Shown piece by piece: positions 38,950 to 50,660 of a stretch of DNA of 64,000 bases (within the stretch, counting starts at the first letter, position 1; every line of letters begins with the position of its first letter). The stretch spans positions 79,723,425 to 79,787,424 of the forward strand of contig NC_092402.1 in NCBI RefSeq assembly GCF_030028105.1. The letters are read 5' to 3'. The notes under the pieces are model-generated. The model was given only the letters and a program-made list of their open reading frames with translations, had not been told where the DNA came from and searched no databases. The position numbers were made by a program, and so were the translations under genes. This stretch comes from Mobula birostris (lineage: Eukaryota).

Positions 38950-39100
38950 GGATTTTCCCGTCGTTGCTGCGGGACTCTCCCGCTTTCAGATTCCTTACTT
39001 CAGAGCGAAGGTCGCTCTCTCCCGACGCGTTCCCAAATATCCCGCACTCATTTCACTTTTCGAATGTCACCCATTTTCGGATTTTAACATATAAAATCCG
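38950..39100 (+). promoter_or_regulatory. Proximal IFN promoter of copy E
   Basis: kB, kB, IRF-E and TATA as in D. Distal CGGAAGTGACG at 38399-38409. Confidence 0.75.
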
Positions 39101-39280
39101 GCAGTATGGCAGAGAGAGCTCAGAGCACGATCCCCAGACACAGGACTCGGCAGCACCGGCGTCCGCTCCCGGATCACAAGCCGCGGCGTTTCTATATCCT
39201 GAGTTCCAGTTGGCGAACAAGACTGGTTTTCGGAGCTGATTCTAGTCTCATATCGGTGCTTTATTCTGTGTCGGGTGAAG

Positions 39281-42200
39281 ATGGCATTGGGCCGAGTTTG
39301 GAGAGTTTGCAGTGTGTGGCTGTTTTTGACCGTGACCCTGACCCTGGGCTGTGAGAGGCTGCGGTTACTGCAAGTTCTCAACACAGAGACTCTGGGCAAA
39401 CTGAATGAAATGGTGAGTTGAACCCGCTCCCAGAGACGGGTCCTGACAGTCCCGGGCTGTTCGTTGTTAACAAATAGTCTGTTCTCCCGGTGTTTCTGTG
39501 TGGTGGGATTGTCAGTAACGTTGAAATCTTCTGTCTCAGGGTGGCCGCCTCCCCCGACAGTGTGCGACTGAGAGGCTGTCGTTGAAAACCAAGCCTCTGG
39601 ACCTGGTGAAACTTTCGGCGGAGGTTCATGTGAGTAAACTCTGGATTTCACTTTAATATAATTCATTGGAGATATTATGCTAAGTAATGTGAAGGATCGG
39701 ATCCGAACTTTACCCAGATAATTTGACTATATCAGAATATGAATTCTTTCTCTCCATGTCACACTCATTTTCTGACTCTATCACTCGGACTTTCAGGACC
39801 CCATTCACATGGAATAGATCTCATTTCAGTTATCACACTGCTGCCCCCTTTCTCTCTATCCCACTCACGGGTAGCTCCCTCTCTGTATCTAACTCCCTCC
39901 CATCATCTAATCTAATCATTTCACATGCTCTGTCACCAATAAACATGTCACCCTGTATCACTTTCGGCTAGCTTTTCCTCTCCCTCCCTGTGTGTTCCTC
40001 TCTCTAAATATCTCTCCCGCACCCTACAGTGACATTACGGGTTCTGTTGATCTCAGGAAATGCTTGCATCCTCTCAGATCATCACACTACCTACGTGCTT
40101 CATTGGTGATGGAACCACCGACTTCACTTTAAATGCACTGAAAAATCGTGAGGTTTCTCGTTAAATTATTTTACATTATAGCTGACCCTTTGGTATCGAG
40201 GAGATAAAAGCTGAGGGGAGACCTGACACTGGTGTGCCATATCATGCGTGGTTCTATGATTGTAGGCATCTATAAACTTTCCAAATCGAAGAAATGTATA
40301 TGACCAATGTTACAGATTTAATGCAAGACTTTGGAGTACAGGATGCGATAGCAGGAAAAAAATCCACAATGCATGGATGGAATTTGGAACAAACATCTTA
40401 AGACAGAAACTCTCACGATATCTGTTCAAATTTCAAGTGAACTTATTATCAAAATTGATATATTTCACGATATACAACCCTGAGATTTGTTTACTTGATG
40501 GCATACTCAGAAAATACTCATTAGAAAGAGGTGGCCTAGGGTCAGAAGGTGTTGAACCATTGTGGATAGAGTGTGGAACTGCAAGGGTAAAAAGTCCCTG
40601 ATGGAACTTCTGTACAGATGCCCAAACAGTAGTAAGGATGTTGCCTCCAAGTTACAATGGAAGATAGAAAATGAAAGCCAAAAGGACAATGTTACAACAG
40701 TCTTGGGGGGACTTCAATATACAGGTAGTTTGGGAAAATCAGGTTGGTGTCAGGTTACAGGAGGTAGGATTTCTAGAGTGCCTACAAGATGGTTTTTCAG
40801 AGCAGCTCGTGGTTGGGCAGACTAGAGTATCAGTTATTCTGGATAGGGTGTTTTGCAAAGAACCAGAATTGATTAGAGAGCTCGAGGTAAGAGAGCCTAT
40901 CAGGGAAAGTGATCATAATATGATAAAATTCACTATCCAGATCTTTCAATGTTCAGTAAGTTTCAATGAGACTCCCCACCCACCTATCCTTTTAAATCCC
41001 AGCAAGTACAGGCCCAGAGCCATCAAATACCCCTCATATATTAACCTTTTCATTTCCGGGATCATTTTCATGAACATCCTTTGAACCCTCTCCAATGTCA
41101 GCACGTCCTTTCTTAAATAAGGGGCCCAAAACTGCTTATAATATTCCAAGTGAGGCTTCACTAGCACCTTATAAAGCCTCAGCATTACATCTTTGTTTGA
41201 TATTCTAGTCCTCTCGAAATGCATACTAACATTGCATTTGCCTTCCTCACCACGACTCAACCTGCAAGCTAACCTTTAGGGAATGCTGTACAAAGACTCC
41301 CTCGTCCCTTTACACCTCTGATATCAGCATTACAGTGGAGTATAGGGAATTACAGAGGCATGAGGGAGCAGTTGGCCAAAATTGATTGGAAAAGAACACT
41401 GGCAGGGATGACAGCAGAGCAGCAATGGTTGGAATTTCTGGAAGCAATTTGGAAGGCCCGGGATATATACATCCCAAAAAGGAAGTAGTGTTCTAAAGGA
41501 AAGATGACACAACTGTGGCAAAAGAAGTGAAGTCAAAGCCAACATAAAAGCCAAAGAGAGGACATATAATTGAGCAAAGATTGGTGGGAAGTTAGGGGAT
41601 TGGGAACCTTTAAAAAACTAACAGAAGGGAACTATAAAGTCATTAAGAAGGTAACGATGGAATAAAAAAGTAAGCTGGCCAATAATATTAAAGAAGATAT
41701 CAAAAGTTTCTTCAGATATATAAAGTGTAAAAGAGAGACAGGAGAGATATCGGACCACTGGAAAACGATGCTGGAGGGATAGTAATGGGGGACAAGGAAA
41801 TGGCAGATGAACTGAATAAGTATTTTGCATCAGTCTTCACTGTGGAAGACACCAGCAGTATGGTGGAAGTTGCAGGTAGCTGGAGGCATTAATTGTGTGA
41901 AGTTACCATAACTAGAGAGAAGGTTCTTGGGAAACTGAAAGGTCTGAAGGTGGATAAGTCACCTGGACCTGATGGTGTACACCCCAGAGTTCTGAAAGAG
42001 GTGGCTGAAGAGATTGTGGAGGCATTAGTAATGATCTTTCAAGAAACACTAGACTCTCAAATGGTTCTGGAAGACTAGAAATTTGCAAATGTCACTCCAC
42101 TCTTCAAGAAGGGAGAGAGGCAGAAGAAAGGAAACTACAGGCCAGTTAGTCTGACCTCAGTGCCTGGGAGGATGTTGGAGTTGATTATAAAAGCTAAGGT

Positions 42201-44103
42201 CTCAGGGTACTTGCCATAATCAGCATGGTTTCCTCAAGGGAAAATCTTGCCTGATAAACCTGTTATAATTTTTTGAAGTAACAAGCAGGATGGACAAAGG
42301 AGAATTGGTTGATGTTGTGTACTTGGATTTTCAGAAGGTCTTTAACAAGGTGCCACACATGAGGCTGGCTTAACAAGCTGTGGGCCCATGGTATAGCAGG
42401 AAAGATTCTGGCATGGATAACACAGTGACTGATTAGCAGGAGGCAAAGACTGGGAATAAAGGAAGTCTTTTCTGGTTGGCTGCCGGTGACTAGTGGTGTT
42501 ACACAGGGGTCTGTGTTGGGACCGATTCTTTTTACATTATATATCAATAATTTAGATGATAGAATTGATGGCCTTATTGCAAAGTTTGTAGGCGATATGA
42601 AGGTGGAGGGGCAGGAAGTTTTGAGGAAATAAGGAGGCTGCAGAGGGACTTTGACAGATTAGGAGAGTGGGCAAAGAAATGGCAGATGGAATGCAGTGTC
42701 AGAAAGTGTAGTTCATGCACTTTGGTAGAAGAAATGAAAGGGTTGACTCTTTGCTAAATGGGGAGAAAATACAAAAAACTGAGAAGTAAGGAGACTTGGG
42801 AGTCCTTGTGCAGGATTCCCTAAAGTTTAATTTGCAGGCTCAGGCAAATATAATGTCAGCATTCATTTCAAGTGGACTTGAATATAAAAGCAAGGATGTA
42901 ATGCTGAAACATTATAAAGCACTCGTAAGGCCTCATACGGAATATTGTGAGCAGTTTTGGGCCCCTTTTCTGAGAAAGAATGTGCTGTAACTGGAGAGGG
43001 TTCAAAGAAGGTTCAGAAAAATTGGAGGTTGCGGGAAGCTAAAGGAACTGCTTCTGTAACACTTTCATTTGTCTCCACCCAAAGTCTGAAGGTTGTAATA
43101 GCTGATGCACAATACTTCTTTTAAAAATATGCAATGGTCAGTGTACATCAGGCTCTTGACATGGCAAACCTTTTGTCATATAGCTAAACTCCCCTTCTTA
43201 TTTCCTCCTTTCCTGTTCTTCCTTCACCTGTTTTTCATTCCTCTAAGAATTTCAATCTCTTCATGAGATTGGACATGTCTCGAAAATCTCTCCCTCATTG
43301 CCTGTGTCTTGAGGAGATCAGCCCAAATTTCTCTGGACTCACTCTGTAACTGAAAGTCCCTGCAGCATTAATGTATTCGTGCAAATCAGTTCCGCAACCT
43401 GTCAAGGACTCTAGCATTCTCTCCTGCACCTGAGGCCTTACTAATAGGAAATTCTCCTTTCGCTGTTTAAACTATTAACTGTAGGCTGCAGTTGACATGG
43501 CTCTGCACTTTGATAAATTCACTGAATTTAGCAGTCCCTTAGTTAAGGTCTGTTTGTTTGAAGTTAATGACTGATTTTGTCTTGTCCTATTCTACTGAGA
43601 GTTATAAGCATTCTGTTCTAAATCTCAACTTTACTAGAACCATGGCCCTACTAATGTCACCATGTGTGTTTTGCACAGGCGCAGGAAAGGATCTGGATTG
43701 TCCATCAGACCCTGCATCACCTCCGCAGGATCTACAGTTTGAACCTGAGCTCAGTCACGTGGGTCCAGAGCTCAGTGGAACACTTCAGGCTTCTCTTGGA
43801 TCGGCAGCTCAAAGAGCTGGAAGACTGTGTTTGGAAACCAGGCTCAGAGTCCAAACCAAGGAAGAATGCCTCAATTATTAAATACTTTCATGTACTGAGA
43901 GAGTTTCTGAGACAGAAGGTGAATTAACATGTGATCGCCAGCACATTATTTCAAACACTTGATATTGGTTTATTATATAACGTATTTAATTTTCTCTCTT
44001 TCAGAGATTCACTGCCTGTGCCTGGGAAATAACCCGCGCTGAGACCAGAGCACATCTACAACAGCTCCTTCTCATTATGGCAAAAATCAGCAGAGGTCAC
44101 TGA
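39281..44103 (+). CDS. Type I interferon copy E, 186 aa; exons 39281-39412, 39540-39629, 43679-43918, 44005-44103
   Basis: Signal peptide plus CERLRLLQ...; GGRLPRQCATERLSLKTKPLDLVKLSAEVH; AQERIW...LEDCVWK...FLRQK; RFTACAWEITRAETRAHLQQLLLIMAKISRGH*. Canonical phase-0 introns. Confidence 0.92.
40520..43020 (+). mobile_element. Degenerate CR1 LINE in intron 2 of copy E, with an inverted CR1 piece at ~40945-41325
   Basis: GDFN, SDHN, KSPGPDGVHPRVLKE and QGSVLG remnants. Confidence 0.85.
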
Positions 44104-45994
44104 AGAATTACCAGAGACAATTTTTATAAGGGACTAAAATTGGTGACTATTTATTTAACAATAACCTTCATTGATCAAAAAGAATATGTGAATTGATTCA
44201 TATTACATTTCAAAACAAAAGCAATTGCTGAAAATTTGAATGAAAACCTCAACGGGTGGAAATACTCCATACATGTTGAGAGGAAAACTTGGGCCCAAAA
44301 AAGACTTCCAACATTATCAATGATTATCAGGCTGAGGCATTAACTATATTTCTCCTCCTCCCACCTGCCTCACTGTTGTCTAAACAATGGAGCATTTTCA
44401 GTATTTTCTGTCTTTATGATGCATTATGTTACATTGCAGAGATTTTCAGTTGACAAATAATGGAGAACAGAGAGTGCCTGGAACTTTATTTGTTAGTGTT
44501 GAATTAATTTATTGGTATTTATTTTTGTATTGCTACTATGTGATGAAATGTGAATTTGGTGATTGTTCCTGTCTCTGTCCCTCACTTAAAAGACTGGAAA
44601 CTAGTGCAATGCAAAGTTGCATTTCTGGAGAAGGTGCTCTGTCGCCAGCTTTTCATTCTCACTGTCTTTGGTAGCTTGTCTCTGTTTTGTGGATGTTATT
44701 TTAGTTCCAATTGTAAATGGAGCTGGGTAACAAATCATTTTCCTCAATTTCATATAAAAGATATGGATTTGCAGAGCCATTCCTTATGACTTCATCCCTG
44801 ACCACAGTAATCATAATGTGCTTGTTCTTCCAGTGGTCAGAAGCTAAATTTGCCTTTATTTATATTTATTGTGATATGTTTAAAACGTGTATGTGTGGCT
44901 AAAAAAGCATTTAATTTATTGTTATTGAGAGATATCTAATGGATAATATTTTTCTAAGTAAAACATTTCATTAAAGATGCATCTGTATTATTTATTCTCC
45001 ATATTACACAATTTTTTAATAATAACTTTTGTGTTTGCTGATTTTCTCAGGAATATAAGATTTTGCCTTCACTTTCCCTGTCATAGGCTTTCCCCTCCAT
45101 TCTATACCTCCCCCTCAGCAGACGAAGCATACGCATACCTCTGGAAATTAATTGTCTTAATTTTCTGTTTTCTGGATGATACATGGATTTAAACTAATAG
45201 TTTCCTTCTTCATATTCTCCTGTTGAGTGAGAAACCTTTGAGCCTGAAATGAAGATATAACACTGGCTTCACAGCAGAAACCGTATGCAGTAGTACCCTG
45301 AGGGAGAATAACCTGTTGTTTTTCCTGCTTATATTGAGCTCACTGTGGCAGTGGAGGAGGCTGCAATTTTGTCAGAATGGAATTAGGATTGAGAACTAAA
45401 GTGGTTTCAGATTCCAGCATCACAAATTTAAATTCAAGTTTATAATAATAATAATAATAAATACTTTATTGATCCCGAGTGGGAAATTCTTTCATTACAG
45501 CAGCAATATTTAAAAACACACTTAACAGTGTGCAGACTTAACTAATAATAATGTATGAAATAATAAAACAGAGGCTAATGAATTATGATGTGTATTATTG
45601 TTTGAGGCATTAGTACCCAGGGTATAAATGCTACGAACATTTTAGCAGCAGCAGCTCAGTACATTGGAAATCTGATAAACATAAATTAAATTAACTTAAA
45701 TTGATTTAATTATATTACAAATTAAACATCAAAGAGTGAAAGTTGAGAGAGAAAGAAGAAATATAATCCAATGTTGAGTTAAGATATTCAGTTCAAGAAC
45801 ATAATTTAAGTGAGGGAGAATTTACTATTGAAGTTTGAAATGTGAGTCTTCAGGCTCCCCTAACTGCTTGCAGCATCAAAGCAAGGGCATATCCTGGATT
45901 ATGAGGGTCCTTAATGATGGATATTGCTTTCCTGAGACATCGCTTATGTAGATGTCATTGATGGTGGGGAAAGCTGGACTTGTCTGCTTTCATA

Positions 45995-46580
45995 AACACA
46001 AAATAATCTGCAGATGCTGGGGTCAAAGCAACACTCACAACACGCTGGAGGAACTCAGCAGGTCGGGCAGCATCCGTGGAAAAGATCGGTCAATGTTTGG
46101 GGCCGGAACCCTTCGTCAGGACTGAAGAGGGAAGGGGCAGAGGCCCTATAAAAAAGGTGGGGGGAGGATGGGAAGGAGAAGGCTGGTAGGTGCCAGGTGA
46201 AAAACCAGTAAGGGGAAAGATAAAGGGGTGGGGGAGGGGAAGCAGGGAGGTGATAGGCAGGAAAGGTGAAGAAGGAATAGAGGAAAACACAATGGGTAGT
46301 AGAAGGAGGCGGAACCATGAGGGAGGTGATAGGCAGCTGGGGGAGGGGGCAGAGTGACATAGGGATAGAGGAAGGGAGGGGGAGGGAATTACTTGAAGTT
46401 GGAGAATTCTATGTTCATACCAAGGGGCCGGAGATGACCTAGACGGTATATGAGGTGTTGCTCCTCCAACCTGAGTTTAGCCTCATCATGGCAGTAGAGG
46501 AGGCCATGTATGGACATATCTAAATGGGAGTGGAAAGCGGAGTGGAAGTGGGTGACTACTGGGAGATCCTGTCTATTGTG
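45995..46580 (-). mobile_element. Penelope-like element fragment
   Basis: ORF 46389-46670 ...LRLEEQHLIYRLG...GMNIEFSNFK. Pseudo-LTR with a decayed hammerhead at ~46088-46122. Confidence 0.8.
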
Positions 46581-47249
46581 CCTTTGAAGTGTGATGGGAA
46601 AGCAGATCACCTGAGAGAAACCACTGAGTATACTGAGGGAAGATGCCAACCCTCCATAAACAGTATCCAAGGTCAGGATTGAACTCAGATCCCTGGAACC
46701 ATGAGAATCATTGGGTCATACAGTTCTGAAAAAGACTCCGGGTTTACATTGAGCATCAAGCATCCATTTACAATAATCCTGCACTAAGTTTATTTCCCCT
46801 CATTCCAGTCAACTCTCCCATCCATGTTCAAACACACTAGGGTTAAATTTCAATGGCCAGTTAACCCAGCAATCTGCAAATCTTTGGAAACTGAAGAACT
46901 AGAGGCGATATACAACTCAACTCATGTCATTGCATTGCTGTGGAAAGAAGAAGATTCAACAGCAAATGGGAAGAAATTCAGGAAGAGTATATTCAGTAAA
47001 GACAGATCCAGTATCAATTCTGCAGGAGCTCCATCAAGACTGACTTTAGCCAAGTGGACGTGAACATTTTGCAACATCTAGCAAGTAAATAATTTTGTCC
47101 AACACGCCTGTTTCATTTAGAGCCTTCCAAGCTGTGCAGATGGAGTCTGCTTACTAGATGAAAAATAGGGCTTCAAAGAACTGCTTGAATGTAACAAGGA
47201 CCAACCTAATTAGTCTAATACACATTCTGCAGCTATTTTGAATAGCTGT

Positions 47250-47740
47250 AAACACAAAATACTCTGCAGATGCTGGGGTCAAAGCAACACTCACAACACA
47301 CTGGAGGAACTCAGCAGGTCGGGCTGCATCTGTGGAAACGATTAGTCGATGTTTTGGGCTGGAACCCTTCGCCAGGACTGAAGAGGGAAGGGGCAGAGGC
47401 CCTATAAAGAAGGTGGGGGGAGGGTGGGAAGGAGAAGGCTGGTAGGTGCCAGGTGAAAAACCGGTAAGGGGAAAGATAAAGGGGTGGGGGAAGGGAAGCA
47501 GGGAGATGATAAGCAGGAAAGGTGGAGAAGGAATAGGGGAAAACGCAATGGGTAGTAGAAGGAGGCGAAACCATGAGGGAGGTGATAGGCAGCCGGGGGA
47601 GGGGCAGAGTGACATAGGGATAGAGGAAGGGAGGGGGAGGGAATTACTTGAAGTTGGAGAATTCTATGTTCATACCAAGGGGCTGGAGACTACCTAGACG
47701 GTATATGAGGTGTTCCTCCTCCAACCTGAGTTTAGCCACC
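47250..47740 (-). mobile_element. Penelope-like element fragment, close relative of 45995-46580
   Basis: Near-identical to 45995-46485. Confidence 0.8.
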
Positions 47741-48004
47741 TCATGACTTCACCAACCTCAGTAGAAAAAGCCTGCTTGCATTTGCCCTATCTCTACCCCT
47801 CAAAATGTTATTTACCTTTATCAAATCTCCTCTGAATCTTCTACATTCTAAGGAATAAAGTCTTAACCTATTCAGTTTCTCCCTATTACTCTGGTCCTCC
47901 AGAACCAGCAACATCCAAAATGAATTTTCTCTGTACTCTTTCAATGATATTTACATCTTTCCTGTAGTAGGTGACCAAAACGCACACGATTTCTGGAGAT
48001 CAGC

Positions 48005-48050
48005 CCCCTTCTAATGTCACCATGTGTGTTTTACACAAGCCCAGGAAAGG
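48005..48050 (+). pseudogene. Relic of an IFN exon-3 acceptor
   Basis: CCCTTCTAATGTCACCATGTGTGTTTTACACAAGCCCAGGAAAGG matches the intron-2/exon-3 junction of copies A-E with AG>AA, then the match ends. Confidence 0.65.
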
Positions 48051-48299
48051 TAAGGCGAGTAACAAAGGAGGGACAAGGAAGAAAATATAAATGCACGCTT
48101 ATAGACAGAATCAGAATCAGGTTTTTATCATTGGCAAGTGTCATGAAATTTGTTAACATAGCAGCAGTAGTATAATGCAATACATAACAATATAGAAAGG
48201 AAAAAATAAATAAGTAAATCAATCACAGTAAGTATATAAATATATACTAAATAGTTAGATTAAAATAGTGCAAAATAGAAATAATATTTTTTTTTACCC

Positions 48300-49010
48300 C
48301 GAACAATTCCCCACTGATCTCCCTCCTGGCACTTATCCTTGCAAGCAGAACAAGTGCCACACCTGTCCCTACACCTCCTCCCTCACTACCATCCAGGGCC
48401 CTAAACAGTCCTTCCAGGTGAGGCGACACTTCATCTGTGAGTCTGTTGTGGTCATATACTGTGTTTGGTGCTCCCACTGTGGCCTCCTGTATATCAATGA
48501 GACCTGACGTAGATTGGGAGACTTCTTCTCTGAGCTTCTACGCTCTGTCTGCCAGAACAAGCGGGACCTCCCAGTGGCCACCCAATTCAATTCCACTTTC
48601 TATTCTCATTCCAAAATGTTCATTGATGGTCTCCTGCAATGTCAGGATGAGGCCACACTCAGGTTGGAGGAACAACACCTTATATTCTGTTTGGGTAGCC
48701 TCCAACCTGATGGCATGAATATTAATTTCTCAAACTTCCGGTAATACTCCACAACCCTCCCCCCTTCTTCTCCATTTCCCATCCCCTATTTCTCTCTCTC
48801 ACCTCATCTCACCAATCAGCATCCCAGCTCTTTACTTCATCCCTCCCCCTCCAGGTTTCACCTATCATCTTGTGTTTCTCTCTCCCCTCCCCCACCTTTT
48901 AAATCTACTCAGCCTTTTTTCTCCAGTTCGGTCCGAAACGTTGACTGTACTTTTTTCCATAGATGCTGCCTGGCCTGCTGAGTTTCTCCAGCATTTTGTG
49001 TGCGTTGCTA
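48300..49010 (+). mobile_element. Penelope-like element fragment (GIY-YIG region)
   Basis: ORFs 48268-48507 (PGTYPC..KCHTC...FIC.S..VIYCVWC..C.LLYI.ET) and 48514-48744 (..RLEEQHLIFCLGSLQPDGMN). Confidence 0.85.
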
Positions 49011-49959
49011 TAATATTTTTTTTAAAAAGTGAGGTCGTGTTTATGGGTTTAATTCCTCATTCAGAAATCGGATGGCAGAGGGGAAGAAGCTGTTCCTGAA
49101 TCGCTTTATGTGTGTCTTCAGTGCTGCAGCTCATGGTCATATACTGTTCAGAAACATGAGGAAATGGGCCAGTGAAGGAGGGAACAAAGTCTAATCTTTC
49201 ATTTCAGGTTGGAGACAGTTTGATGTCAAAGGACTGAAGGTTGTGGGAAATAAACATTATAAAGCAGAGATTAGAAGTCCAGGTAACAGACTCCAAGCAG
49301 AGGCTCCAAAATATACAGAGATGTGAATATTAAAAAAATGACAACTATAAATGAAAAATAAACACCAGTTTGTTAAAACATAATTTTCCAAAACATTTAT
49401 TTACAGTAAAATGTTCTCATTCAATATAAGTCATTACAGTGTAAACAAGAACTTAATTTGTTAATAAATACTACACTGCAAAAATGATTTACGCATTTAG
49501 TTTGAGTGGTACAAAACAACAACAATTCACTAGACAGAATAGTCATAACTTAGAAATAAAAAATACACAATGAATGGATAAATAGGTAAAATTTAAATAA
49601 ATAAATACATAAATTGTAGTGGTCTTGCGGGGATCTGAAGCAGGTGTCACCGTGAAAGTAGAATGATGAAAATCAGGGTAGATCCTGGTTAACTGGCCAG
49701 TAAATCCAACCCAAAGAGTTGGGAAAGATTCCCATATCCCAGATGAAAAGTGGACTCCTAAATTCTCATCACGATCAAAATCAGAAGCTAGAATATGCAG
49801 CCTTGCAAAGCTAAGAGAACAATAGAGCCAAAATTTGAAATCTGGCTTGAACCCATAATTCATCGCAGGAAGCAACTCACTAGGTCCATTGATGCTACCT
49901 GAAGTGTCATATTCTGTAAAACCAGTTCCTTCCATAAAATGTCATTTTACGCAATTATA

Positions 49960-50501
49960 CACGCAGTGGCCATTTTATTAGGTACTTCCTGATAAAAGTA
50001 CGAGTGTATGTGGTCTTCCGCTGCTGTGGAGGTTCGATGTGTTGTGTTTTCAGAGATGCTCTTCTGCACACAGCTGTTATAACGCATTGTTGTTTCAGTT
50101 ACTGTCACCTTCCTGTCAGCTTGAACCAGGCTGACAATTCTCCTCTGACTACACTCACTTACAAGATGTTTCTGCCCACAGAACTGGTGCTCACTGGATG
50201 CTTTTTGTTGTTCGCACCATTATCTGTAAACTCTAGAGACTGTTGTGCATGAAAATCCCAGGAGATCAGCTGTTTTTGAGATACTCAAACGACCCCATCT
50301 GGAACTAACAATCATTCCATGGTCAAAGTCACTTAGATCATATTTCTTCCCCATTGTGATGTTTGGTCTGAACAATAACTGAACCTCTTGACTCTGACTG
50401 CATGCTTTTATGCATTGAGTTGCTGCCACATGATTGGCTGAATAGATATTTGCATTAAAGAGCAGCGGTACACGTGAACATAATAAAGCGGCTACTGAGT
50501 G
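49960..50501 (-). mobile_element. Tc1/mariner internal-deletion derivative in the 3'UTR of copy F
   Basis: TIRs CACGCAGTGGCCATTTTATTA / TAATAAAGCGGCTACTGAGTG flanked by TA. Encodes MGKKYDLSDFDHGMIV...SISKTADLLGFSCTTVSRVYR (Tc1 HTH). Confidence 0.85.
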
Positions 50502-50660
50502 TATGTTTATGGTCATTAAATAGGTAGTAAATGTGGAAGTATATAAAGACACATCCTCTACTCAAGTCACTTCCAGCTGAAGATGTTATATATAAAATGT
50601 TTCTCTTTGAAAGGAACGTCCATTCTTCTTTTCCAGTGCTGGCCGCACCTTTAAAATTAT

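Noticed and set aside
39067-39666. 199-aa minus-strand ORF, and similar MPRV..LRTCS ORFs at 13661, 27630, 30012 and 52956
   Set aside because: Antisense shadows of IFN exons 1-2 and the 5'UTR. Their recurrence follows from near-identity of the duplicated block; lengths vary and no domain is recognisable.
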